The notes under the pieces: generated by a model
What the model saw: the letters and a program-made list of their open reading frames with translations, nothing else
Told to the model about the DNA's origin: nothing
Database searches by the model: none
Program-made: the position numbers and the translations under genes
Assembly (NCBI RefSeq): GCF_009914755.1
Contig: NC_060928.1
Origin: the human T2T-CHM13v2.0 reference genome, Homo sapiens
DNA length: 64,000 nucleotides
Direction: 5' to 3' (one strand)
Part shown: positions 1 through 13,228 of the stretch, piece by piece
How the letters are laid out: each line of letters begins with the position of its first letter
How positions within the stretch are numbered: the first letter of the stretch is position 1

Positions 1-1
1 A

Positions 2-372
<371 letters not shown>

Positions 373-1869
373 TCCTTTTTTTCAATAATGCAAGGCTAGA
401 AATTGGACATAAGAATTACAGCCCCCTGGGATCTCTCGGTCATTCTATCTGGTGGGTGAAGATCTGATGGTCTTCACAGCTTGATATTCATGAATCACCC
501 TAGTGCTAGGCTCACTGGATGTTAGCCCTTGTCCTCTGCCAAAATTGCTCTTCCTAAACCTCTGCAGTGGTGTGTTCTAACGATAAATCAATGTCTCTTT
601 CTCTGCTTCTTGTCACAGTACCCTACTGAAATTCCTCTGGCTTCTTTCAGTCACTGGAACTGCAGTAGTTTTAAACTCTGCTTGATTGCATGTCCCAGAG
701 CATTGAAAAATCCTTAGGATATCTGAGGCCAGCTGTCTGATCTAAGCAGAAGCTATGAACAAATATGAGCAGATCTGAGATTTATCTCTTTTCTCCATCC
801 AAAAAAAGTATAGATAATAACTTGAGTAAAAATAAAACTTCCCAATTTGCAAATTTACATTGAATATTTAATACCATATAAATCATTTTTTTCAGTCTCA
901 TTCTCTCCTTAAATTGCAGTTCTTAATTTAGCATTGGAACCAGGATAGTTCTTGAATCTTTGATTAAGTACTAAGAGCCACATGACTCATGTCTTAGGAA
1001 TGTATGTGCTTTAATACTATTGTCCAACCCTTAGGAAGTCATGATAAATATATATCCTAATTCAGTCTTAAACTGATGAGTTTAATCTGTGATGCCCTGC
1101 TAATTTGTACCTATGGTACAACTATAATTTCCAACTATAATTTGGAAATCTCTCAAATGTGATTCTAAAATAACCATAGGTTCTATTGTGGTTCAATCTC
1201 TGTTTGATGTCACATTCAAAGAATTAACTCTTCAACTCCAGAAGCCTATAGTTTTTATTTAAAAATGTGCTTCACATAGAATATCTTCCTTAAAGTCTTT
1301 AATTTATTCAGGAAAGTACCTTTTAGAAAGAACGTCTTTGAAGTATGTAAAATTGATTCTATGGGGAATAAATTTTGAGTGTCAAACAATGACTAACACA
1401 TTTTTGAATGAGAGATTATTTCTACTTTAAGAATTATGTGAACTTTCAATTTAAGTAGAATAAGACATGGTGTCTTTTCACAATATTAGAGCTTTGTGAA
1501 AGAAAAAACAAAAACCAACAGTAATAGTACCTGATAAGTGGTATTGTATTTATTTTTTCACAGAGTTTTACAGAAAATCAAAAAAGAAATTTTAAAAGGG
1601 CTTGAGATTATAGAATTTTTCTTAGAAGGAAAGATGCTTAAACTAAGATTTAAAAGATGATGGAGAATGATTAGATGGAAGAAGGCAGAGTGGTCTTTTC
1701 AGGGAGACAGAGCAGGCTGGAGAGAAGCATAGCCATTTGAAACAGCATGATTGTTTTCAAGTTATAAACACTATAACACGGCTAGAGTGGAGAATGCTTG
1801 CAACTCTTGAGTGGCAAGAGATAGGGTAAAACAATAAACAGGAATCATATTCTAGGGGGCTTCTTCTAA

Positions 1870-2196
<327 letters not shown>

Positions 2197-2503
2197 AGAG
2201 CTAAGAAATTTAAACACTACCTTTGACTGCATTAATCACTTTAAATTAAGAGAGTGACATACTATTTGCATTTTAGAGCGAAATCATTTGGTTAGCATTA
2301 TGAGGCATGAAACTTGGTTGTTGGGATGAGAACTGTTGAGCCCAGGAGAAAAAAGGCAGAGGAAGGAGGTAAGAATGATTCTAAAGTTTCCATGCAAATA
2401 TAAATGGGATCTACCAAAGGAGCTAGGGAATCATGCTTTCAAGTATGAGGGATCCCAAAATCATCCCAGAATATCTTTGCAGTAATGTTTTTAATCTGAA
2501 TTA

Positions 2504-2839
<336 letters not shown>

Positions 2840-3212
2840 TTAAGTCCTGGAGAAGCTGGTGGTTTCTGGACCTGAATATTTCTTGTACAACATTTAGGTA
2901 ACTCTGAGCAATTGACTCTCCTACCACCATGGGGCCTGGTGGTAAGACAAGGCTGTGACTCACATGCTGTAGCTCCTCTCGTTTTGCAAAAATCAAATTG
3001 TTTTCCTCATGTAGGTGAAGAGAAACTTGAATAATATTTTAAAATTTCCATAAAGGAAAAAACTATTTGCTATGCAAACATAAAACGATTATTGAGATAC
3101 ATTTAAAGTTATAATAATGATGATTTTTACAAATGGAGGCAAATGGTTTGAATAGTTTGGCTTATGAATAATCAATTAGGGAACTATTACATGCCAACAG
3201 ATCTGAATTTCA

Positions 3213-3525
<313 letters not shown>

Positions 3526-3629
3526 AGAGAGAGAGAGAAGAGGAAATAAAAGAAAAGAAGGGAAGGGAAGGGAGAAAAGAAAAAGAAAGAGAGAAAGAGA
3601 AAGAAAGAAAGAGAGAAAGAAAGAAAGAG

Positions 3630-3708
<79 letters not shown>

Positions 3709-3739
3709 GAAAGGGAGGGAGGGAGGGAGGGAGGGAGAG
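3526..3739 (+). repeat. Compound polypurine microsatellite (GA)n/(GAAA)n/(GGGA)n
   Basis: Seen directly: long GAAA array at about 3590-3710 followed by six GGGA units at 3713-3736. Confidence 0.98.
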
Positions 3740-3759
3740 CGTTGGTTTTGCCTAGCTCT

Positions 3760-4165
3760 GGCAGAGGATGACTTATTGGTCATCAATGCCATTTTTGTTT
3801 CTCTCTGATGTATAGCCAGATCACATTTTGTAGCCTCCGTTGCAGTAAGTATGGTCATAAATCTGAGTGCTGACCAACTGAAGATAAAAAGAAAAGATGT
3901 ACACCATTCTAGGCATCACCCATAGCAACATGTCACTCATGACCCTTGGTGTTTTCATATCATCACAAAATGCAGAGGACTACACTGACGTAGAACATAG
4001 TGGAGACACCAGATGAAAGCAGCCTGGGTCCTGGAATGCTTACCCAGTCTCTCACAGATTATAGGCACACTCACTTTCAAATTTAAATGTGCAAAAAGTA
4101 GTCTTCAATTGTGTAAACCACTGAGAATTTATGGTTTGTGTATTTTGGCAGCTAACATAAAATTA
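3760..4165 (+). mobile_element. Old MaLR LTR (MLT1J/K-like)
   Basis: GCCTCCGTTGCAGTAAGTATGGTCAT...CTGACCAA, AGATGAAAGCAGCCTGGGTCCTG and 3' TAAACCACTGAGAATTTATGGTTTG resemble the MLT1 consensus. Boundaries approximate. Confidence 0.6.
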
Positions 4166-4309
4166 TTACCTGAACCCAGAGAATGTAAATTACTTAGTGA
4201 CCTGAGCGTTTCTGAAACATTAAGATCAATATCAAGGAGTGGACAGCCCTACGCAAAGCCTGTCTCTCCTCTCATAGGTTTCTGTGAATGTGTAATAGTT
4301 TGCCAAGAT

Positions 4310-4787
4310 TGTAAAGGGTCTGAGATTTTTGCCTTACTTGCAAGCTGACAAGTTAGCCTGCCACAATTTTATAAAGGCTGGCAGAAGTCACCGGACTCCT
4401 GGTGAGAGGAAGGGACTTTTTTATTCGTAGCACAGCAGGTAGTACTACCTCCAATTGCCTTACCCCTACTTCCCATAGGGGTGATAGTAGATGTGGGCCC
4501 AGGTGAATTCTGCCCGTGCACACAATTTTTGCCAAAGCTGAGGAACCCTGAATCTAGGACCATTCAGTCTTCTAAAAGAGGACTGCCAGCAAACTGCCCG
4601 ACTTTGCCCCAGCGTGGAAGTATTGTCTGTATAATTCTATTCAGAAATAAATCTGCCTCTGCCCCAGAGAGTGACACTATTTCTCCCTTCCAAAGCTGTT
4701 TGCTATATAAACATCCTTAAAAAGATAGTCTGGAACAAAATCTGATATGAGGTACACAGAAATGCTATGGAGGACTATCTCTCAATA
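4310..4787 (-). mobile_element. ERVL-class solo LTR (LTR40-like)
   Basis: Plus strand begins TGTAAAGGGTCTGAGATTTTTGCCTTACTTGCAAGCTGACAAGTTAGCCTGCCAC and ends GGAGGACTATCTCTCAATA, matching my recollection of the LTR40-family reverse complement. Confidence 0.65.
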
Positions 4788-4864
4788 TGTGTTAGATTCC
4801 AGCTTAGATCACTAAATAGCAAATGATAGAAACATGCAATGCGGGAGCAATTGGTAGATTTTAG

Positions 4865-4985
4865 AAGCCACTGATTCTGTTCCGTCATTTTAGGGACGTG
4901 AGAAATGGATGGGAGAGAACAACTGGCTTGCCCAAGGCCACATAGAGAATGAGTAGGAATCCTGAGTCTATTCTTCATAGCTTGC
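4865..4985 (-). mobile_element. MIR fragment
   Basis: CATTTTAGGGACGTGAGAAA...GGCTTGCCCAAGGCCACATAG resembles the MIR core. Confidence 0.5.
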
Positions 4986-5367
4986 TCCCAAAAGAATCAT
5001 AACTAGGTGACACATGTATGTATATGATTGACGTTAATTCATACATGCACTTCGTTTACATTTTGTGTTTTAAAAGCAGTACTATGAAAGTAGTGAGTAT
5101 GTGTTGGGAATTGGGAAATTTGTACTCTTACCACTGTCCTGACAATAGCAGTTTTATAGAACCATTCGGATTTGACCACCTTCAGGGACAATTAACTACC
5201 TTCTTCTCTTCTTTCAGAGTACCTTGTTCATATCTCTATTATGTTAAGTTTATGTATATGTGAATCTCCCACTTTTGATTATGAATTTCTTAAAGGCAAG
5301 AACTGTTTCTAAAAAAAAACTTAACAAACTGAAAAGCATACATGCAAATATAAAAATGAGATTTGCT

Positions 5368-5666
<299 letters not shown>

Positions 5667-6614
5667 AAAAATGAGATTTGCTACTATGTGGTTACTGAAT
5701 TCCCACTCTTCTATTCAATGCTTTCTAATGTCTGGGCTATGATTTATGCCAGATTTCAGTTATCATGTTTGGCTTCCTCGCCAAAAAACTGAATATATTA
5801 TTTCAATTTGTGTTCTGTTATCTTGAATTGTAGGCTCAAGCTCCCAGAGATAATAACTGGTTGCTAGAAAAATGTACCTTGTTTTTTCCATACTACATTA
5901 ATGATATAATTGGTCTAATTAATCACAGCACTTCCATTATATTTCTGAAGTTGGTTCATACTCCTTGGAGGAAGGAGATTCCTAAATTACAAAAACAAGA
6001 AAAATTAAAAATGTATTTTTCTTAAATACTGTAAAACATTATTAGCATATGAAATAAGGCTAGTGAAGTTCCTAATAGATTATGCTGTTATGAGGGTCCT
6101 AAAACAGTCTGTCCCGCACTGACTTCTCTCATTTCTACACCCATCTAGAAATTTTGTTTGTTTGAACACAGTTGAAGGGGCAAAGAAAGGCAAGAGTTTA
6201 AAGTTTGGAACATGGCCACAATAAGTGGCAACCACTGCTTTCTCCAGATTATTCAAAGATATCCACTTTTTACATCCAGTTTGGCCCTATGTTTGCTTGT
6301 TTTTAATTCTTTCCCCTAATCGTGCCAAGAACAATTCTATTAGTCAATCACATAAGTTAATTAACTGACTGTATATTAGTATGATATTTAAATAAAAATA
6401 CATAAACATAAATATATATTTTGTACAGAAAGTATATTCTCAAAAATATCAAAAGTAGCTGCCAAATTGGTAAGATAATGTTTGTTTCTCATTTTTTTAT
6501 TCACAAAAATATTCACTGAGAACCCAAATTACTTATATAATCAGAATAACTATAAATGTTGTTAAAAAATATAGGCCACAAGGGGAGCACACTTCACCAT
6601 CCTCCAAGAACATG

Positions 6615-7032
6615 TGAGTTTGTCCATTTTTGTGTTTCCATGAATGAATGCCTGAAACTGGGCAATTTATAAAAGGAGATATAATTGGCTCACGATTCTG
6701 CAGGCTGCACAAGCGTGGCAGCCATATCTGCTTGGCTTCTGGGGAGGGCATCAGGAAGCTTACAGTCATGGCAGAAAGTGAACTGGGAGCAAGCCCGTTA
6801 CATGGTGAGAGCAGAAGCAAGAGAGGATAAAGGGGAGCTTCTAGACTCTTTTAAACAACCAGATCTTGCATGAACTGAGGGAGAACTCACTTATCAACAA
6901 GAGAATGGTTCTAATTCATTCATGAGGGATCCACCTCCATGATCCAATCACCTCCCACGAGGCCCCACCGCCAACACTGGGTATCACATTTCACCATGAG
7001 ATTTGGAGGAGACAAATATCCAAACCATATCA
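6615..7032 (-). mobile_element. MaLR solo LTR (MSTB-like)
   Basis: CCTGAAACTGGGCAATTTATAAA...TTTAAACAACCAGATCTTGCATGAACT...CCAAACCATATCA. Probable 5-bp TSD ACATG/ACATA. Confidence 0.9.
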
Positions 7033-7087
7033 ACATATAATCTCTTGTTTCTTAGAAGCTATTAGTAATATAAAATAATATGATCCC

Positions 7088-7609
7088 TATAGTTAGCAGA
7101 TTAATGTCTCCCACCCTCCCCAAATTTTCATATTCTATTTATCAGAAACAGTGTATATGTTAGTTTACAAGGGAAAAGAGGAATAAGCTGGCAGGTGAAA
7201 TCAAGGATGTTCATCAGCTGACCTTAATACTGGGAGGTGATCCTGGATTACCCAGGCAATACCAATGTTATCACAAGGGCCATTAAGAGAGAAAGAGGGA
7301 GGCAGGCAGGTGATAACCAGAGAGGTGGCAATATGAAAAAGACTCAGCTTGAATTTGCTGGCTTTGAAGATGGAGAAAGGGACCAGAGCCAAGGTTTGCA
7401 ATCAGCTTTTAGAAGTTGGAAAAGGTAAGACAGCCAACTCCACCCTGGAGCCTGCAGATAGAACACAGCCCTGCCTGCACCTTGATTTTAGCCTTATGGG
7501 ATATTGGTTGATATTCTGACCTAGAGAACACTAAAACAATAAATTTGTGTGGTTTTAAGCCCCTAAATTTGTCACCGTTTTTCACAGCACCAATAGAAAA
7601 CTAGTAACA
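7088..7609 (+). mobile_element. MaLR solo LTR (MLT1D-like)
   Basis: ATCCTGGATTACCCAGG, TTTGCTGGCTTTGAAGATGGAG, GAACACAGCCCTGCC..CACCTTGATTTTAGCC, ending AATAGAAAACTAGTAACA. Confidence 0.85.
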
Positions 7610-7689
7610 TCTTTATGTGGTTTGACTAGAAATTCAGTTCGTGACAGTTTAAAGGCCTTTACAAAGGAGACAGAACACATGAATTCATG

Positions 7690-8116
7690 TTGGTGCCTGG
7701 GAATATTACACAAATTGGCATATTTTCACCCCTCTTTCTATTTAGGTAGTTCCTTTCCCACAAGAAGCTGAGTATATTTTATGAATCTTTGCCTTTGGAT
7801 TTCATCATGTGATTTGCTTTAGCTGAGACGATGAAGCAGAAGTGAGAGGATGCTGAGTCAGACCAGGCCTCAAGAGACCTTGGAGTTTTCTTTTTGCACT
7901 CTGACATCACTATGAGAAAGGTGTGTCCCATCTAATCTGCTGGTCCCTGCAAGAGGGTGAGTGTCACATAGCAAAGGGGAAAATTGCCTGATCCAAGCTC
8001 AGCCCAGATCAGCCAAACAAAGCTGACTCTCAAACATGTGAGAATAAATAAGGGTTTGTTGATTTAAGATACTGAGTTTTGGTGTTCTTTGTTATGCTGC
8101 AATAGCAAATTCACAT
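7690..8116 (+). mobile_element. Old MaLR LTR (MLT1H/I-like)
   Basis: CATGTGATTTGCTTTAGC...GCAGAAGTGA, GGCCTCAAGAGACCTTG, and CATGTGAGAATAAAT...TTTAAGATACTGAGTTTTGG...TTGTTATGCTGCAATAGC. Confidence 0.7.
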
Positions 8117-8964
8117 AGCTCCTATCTAAGACTTTTTGTTCTGCTTCGTTTCATATTTTTTGTGGGATAAAGCGAAGCATCATAGCAACTGTCATGCAAT
8201 AATGACCAATGTTTTACTTGGAGGCCTAAATCTGGAAGCTGCTAAAGCTCAGTTCTTCTCACCAACAATCTTTCCTCCAGACTGACAGTCTGCGAAGTTT
8301 TCTTACTTTCCTACTGTAGAAAGGTCAGGCTTTTATTAAACATAACTGCCCTCCAACACCCCCTGAGGATCTTAGACATAGATATTTTTTGGGGATTTTG
8401 GCATAAAGTTTGCTATTTTAGTCAGTATTTAAATTGACATTTACATTTTTGTACCTTAATCCTCTCTGCTGATATCCTGGATGCCTGCCTATGTTATATA
8501 TATTCTTTCTGATAAAGTTTCTGAAATGAACTAGTGCCAGCTGAGGAGCAAATTCCTTTGCTATCACTGAGGTAAGCACTGGAAATTGAGGAACATTTTA
8601 AAATTTGCAAAGTTTCTCTTTAGCAGTGGAGGAAAAAAAGCCCCTTACCATCAGTTTCTGTTTAATTCAGAGGCCAATTCACCATATTTTTCAGGAAGAC
8701 TGATAAGACATAACTTTGTATGTATTTGTAACTATTCTTTCACTTTAGGGAAATGAAAAGAATGAAAAGTGAAAAAGTAGGTTGAGAAAACAGAATTTAA
8801 TAGTTTTAAAAATTGTAACATGCTCTAAAATGGGGTGTCTTAAATTACTAAACACTTTCCAAATTATACATAGCGGTAGGAGAAAATAGGATGCATATCA
8901 TAAAACAGATGTGGCAAGTTCAGATTAACTGTTAGGTTTTGAACTTCTGGGGTTTTCTTTCATT

Positions 8965-9092
8965 ACACTCTAAACCCTATGTAGATAGGATCAGATCTTT
9001 GTTGATTAATGTTTTGTCCAAAGTCATTAGCATAGAGCTTGAAACATGTATCAGTGATCAATAAATATTTGGTGAATTAGAACCAATGAACA
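8965..9092 (+). mobile_element. L2 3' end fragment
   Basis: TAGCATAGAGCTTGAAACAT...TCAATAAATATTTGGTGAAT resembles the L2 terminus. Confidence 0.55.
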
Positions 9093-10409
9093 TATGAGTT
9101 GTACTTTAGTTACCATGGGTTATTTATGGATAAAATAAGACTATTTCCACTAAAATGGAGGTTCCACTGATTATACTTTGGCCAGGTTTTCCTGGCCAAG
9201 AACATGACTATACACATGGATGAACAGAAGACTATATGAGAGAAGGATTTGGAATCAGATGTGAACCCTGGGAAGTATATATATATGCTACTCTCAACTT
9301 TTGCCCAAATAGTCCTTCTGAGAAGCCATTTCAAGATAAAAGTCACAGTGGCCAAGAGAGTTAGATATGTAGTTGCAAATGGGAAAGACTTCCTAATAAG
9401 TGATAATCAGGTGTTTGCTATTAATGAATTCAATAATAATCTTACAGGATGTTTTAAAGAAGCCTAACTATTAATGTAAAGCTTGTGAAGATACACTATT
9501 ATTTTAAAAGCTAAACTAGATAATAGATAAACAAGATAATAGAGAAACAAGAAAAGAGAAGTTGTTTTTCTTTAACATTTTTCCTCTTGTTACATGATGA
9601 GGATTTCTATGTGTGTAGGATCCAAGGATAAAGTGAAAGCTTTTCTTATTGTCTGAAAGGAAAGATAGCATATTCTGAAAGGCAGAGTAGTATGTTGGCA
9701 TTGTACCGACTGACTATGCATTAGATCAGACAGCAAATTAGATATTGATAGAACTATTTTGGACAGTCAATAAGCTTTCTGATGATTGATATCTTTACAC
9801 TGCCTGGTAATATCAGTGCCAGCATTTAGAAACTAGACAAAGAAGCTGTAATATAATATTCTTTTTGTGGAATCCTTAAGTGTAATCTAAACTGAAAAGT
9901 CTCATTACTTAGATAGCAGGATTTACAGAGCTGACTTTCTCAGGAACAAGGGAAAGAAAATTAAAACATCATCCATTCCTTTGTGTACAAAACTGTCCTT
10001 CACCCTTCAATCTGAATCAGAGGGCAAAGAAGTCAAGTGGTTTAAAGTTCTTCTGATATGTGGCAAAAAAAGTGGTTCACAAAAGCAGTCAGCAAAAGTG
10101 TACCCTGAAGAATAAAAGTAAACGAAATGTGAAGCAAATGGTTCATTTCATTAGGTGACTGTTTCTGATAGGACATTTAGATTAAAACACAGTGCTCAGG
10201 AAACCACAAAATATATCACTGTCTCCTTCTAAATAATAGTTTCTGAAATGTAATCAGGAAAGTAGAAGATAATGATAAAAGGCACTGTGACATGTAATGG
10301 CCTCTGTTTTTCTTTCTCCAATCTCCTCTCATCCTCCATTTTATTGTTCATGAAGAATTTTTCTACAAATTTAATCAATCAATCAATCAATTAATTAAAT
10401 GTGTGTTTA

Positions 10410-10645
10410 TTCCCCCATTTATTCAGCCAGCAAATATGTGTTGGCATGGTTATAGACAGTGGAATTCAGTAGATGGTGAAACAAACAAAAATACCTTCTC
10501 AGAGCTTAACCTCTAGTGGGAGAAGACAGATGATTAGCAAATAAATAAGTAAAGTATATAGGAGATCTATTGATGATCAGTGCTAAGTAGATGAATAAAG
10601 TCAGTAAAGAAGTTAATAAATGCCATGAGATGAGGTTTGCTATTA
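10410..10645 (-). mobile_element. L2 3' fragment
   Basis: CATTTATTCAGC..AAATAT...CTTCTCAGAGCTTAACCTCTAGTGGGAGAAGACAG matches reversed L2a. Confidence 0.65.
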
Positions 10646-10729
10646 GGAATGGCAGATGAAATATGAGATATTTAATTATATTTGGATTTTAATTAAAAAG
10701 CCACACATAATTATTTTAGTAAAAGTATA

Positions 10730-11860
10730 TCCCAAGTATTACTAGATGAACAAAAAGAAACATGATTGGAGAAGAAGTCATAATGCATGTTGTGAGGAAA
10801 TTATGCAGTAGTCTTACATATGCTTTGAAGAAGTGGTGGAAATATTGAACATACTAAGTAGAACCATAAGAGGATATAAAAGTCCAAATTGGAATTTTAG
10901 ATGTGAAAATTAAAATGCCTGAGATGAAAAATATACTAGATGAGATTAATGGCAGATAAGACATTTCTGAAGAAAAGATCAGTGAACTTAAAGACACAAC
11001 AATAGAAAAGATTCCAAATAAAGCACACCAAGAAAAAATGAGTAGAGCATTAGTGAGCTGTGGCAAAAGTTCAAGTGACCTAGTATAACTGGAGTCCTCT
11101 AAGGAAAGCAGAGCAAGTTTTAAAGAAGAAATGATGAGGAATTTCCTGAAAACTATGAAGCTACAGACATAAGAATCTCAACAAACCCCAAGCACAGCAA
11201 TATACTATTGGACATTATAACTGAAGTGCATTAAAACCAGTGATAAGAAAAATGCCCTAAAAGTATCCTGAACAAAATTACTTATTACATTAGGAATGTC
11301 AGATGACAAATGACAAAGATGATGTATAGCAGATTTGTAATCAGAAATGATGTAAATCAAAGGCATAAGGCATTTAAAATGCTAAGAGAAAATAAAAACA
11401 AGATAAAACAAAAAAATCTGATAACCTATGATTGTATACCCATGGAAAATATTTTTCAAAATATGCAAGAAAAATAAAGAGGTTTGTCAGACATACGAAA
11501 GTTTAAAGAATTTACCAATAGCCAACAAGTACTACCAAATATTTCATGAAGTCCTCCAAGGAGAAGGCAAACGATATCAGATAAAAATGTGGTTCTACAT
11601 AAACAAACGATTACTGGACCTAACTTCTATATGCATAAATATAAACACCCTTTTTTGTTTTAAATTTTTGAAAGGATAATTTATTCTTTCAAGTGAAACT
11701 AGCACCATACTGTAGACAACAATATCTACTTTATAATCTCGGTAGAAATAAACTGTATAGCAAAAATAGCATGTAGGGTAGGAGAGGAGAAATGAAAGTA
11801 TAATGTTGTGAGATTCTTATTTTATACTGGAATTGATATAATGTCACTGGAACTGTGACT
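10730..11860 (+). mobile_element. Old L1M fragment: decayed ORF1 and inter-ORF region
   Basis: Hand translation from about 10876 gives IKVQIGILDVKIKMPEMKNILDEINGR*DISEEKISELKD, an L1 ORF1 coiled coil. A-rich, with multiple stops. Confidence 0.8.
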
Positions 11861-12368
11861 GTAATAACCAGATAGCTTCCACAACAACCCAAAGAGAACC
11901 TCTTATTTCTAGTAGCCATGGGGCTGATATTGCTGAAAATCAAATTCGATTTTTAATCATGTGAGTTTCTTTATCACAATAATAGTTGAATTCAATCTCT
12001 CCTAGTTTCTCATATGAGAGTTAAGCCATGAATCAGGAAAGAATTAAATACCAAAACTCTAAATGGGGATCTCCTATTGGATTCAGATGAAACTGACAAT
12101 CTTGAATCTTCTTGTCATTCTTATACTCCCTTAGAAGTACAAGAAGCTAGCCCTCCAATGGCTAAAAAGACCAGCCTTCCTCATGTGGAAAGCTCTGTGA
12201 TAACCATGAAAGGCCTTGCTCATTTTCCTCAAGCCACTGTAACCACGTCATTGCTATAAACCCACACTAAGGGTCAAGTCTCATTATGCTTCAGGAGGAC
12301 ATGTATCTTCCATATTTCAAGAAGAAATGGAAATAGCTTGTACGTCAAAAGGTTGCAAGACCATGCTA

Positions 12369-13228
12369 TTAGTTGAGTGCAAAAGTACTTGCATTTTCGG
12401 GATTGTTGGAATTTACTGTTTGATATTGGAAGCAAATTGAATTTGAAACAAATGAGAAAGGTGAAAAAGCTTGATAAGTGGCTGCCTCATGAGCTGAGTG
12501 AAAATTTAAAAGAAAATTGTCATTTTGAACTGTCATCTTCTCTTATTCTATGCAACAACAATGAACCATTTCTCGATCAGATTGTGATGTGCAATGAAAG
12601 TGGTTTTATACAACAGGTGACAACTAGCTGAGTGGTTGGACCTAGGAGAAGCTCTAAAGTACTTGTCAAAGCCAAACTTGCACCAAAAAAAGATCATGGT
12701 CACTATTTGGTAGTCTGCTGCCAGTCTGATCCACTACAGCTTTCTGAATCCTGGTGAAACCATTACATCTGAGAAGTATGCTCAGCAAATGGATGAGATG
12801 CACTGAAAACTGCAACTCCTTCAGCTGGCATTGGTCAACAGAAAGGGCCCATTTCTCCATGAAAATGCCCACCGCACGTTGCACAACGAACACTTTAAAA
12901 GTTGAACAAATTGGGCTACAAAGTTTTGCCTCATCTGCCATGTTCATCTGTTCTCTTGCCAACTGACTACCACTTCTTCAAGCATCTTGACAACTTTTTG
13001 CAGGGAAAATGCTTCCACAGTCAGCAGGATGCAGAAAATGCTTTCCAAGTGTTCATTGAATTCCGAAGCGCATATTTTATGCTACAGGAATAAACAAATA
13101 TTTCTCGTTGGCAAAAATGTGTTGGTTGTAATGGTTCCTATGTTGATTAATGAAGATGTGTTTGAGCTTAGTTATAATGATTTAAAATTCACGGTTCAAG
13201 GCCGCAATTACTTTTGCACCAACCTAAA
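12369..13228 (+). mobile_element. HSMAR1 mariner DNA transposon, internally deleted, transposase disrupted
   Basis: TIRs TTAGTTGAGTGCAAAAGTACTTGC and CCGCAATTACTTTTGCACCAACCTAA flanked by TA. Transposase motifs KVKKLDKWLPHEL (the WVPHEL motif) and PTDYHFFKHLDNFLQGK, with stops and frameshifts. Confidence 0.95.
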
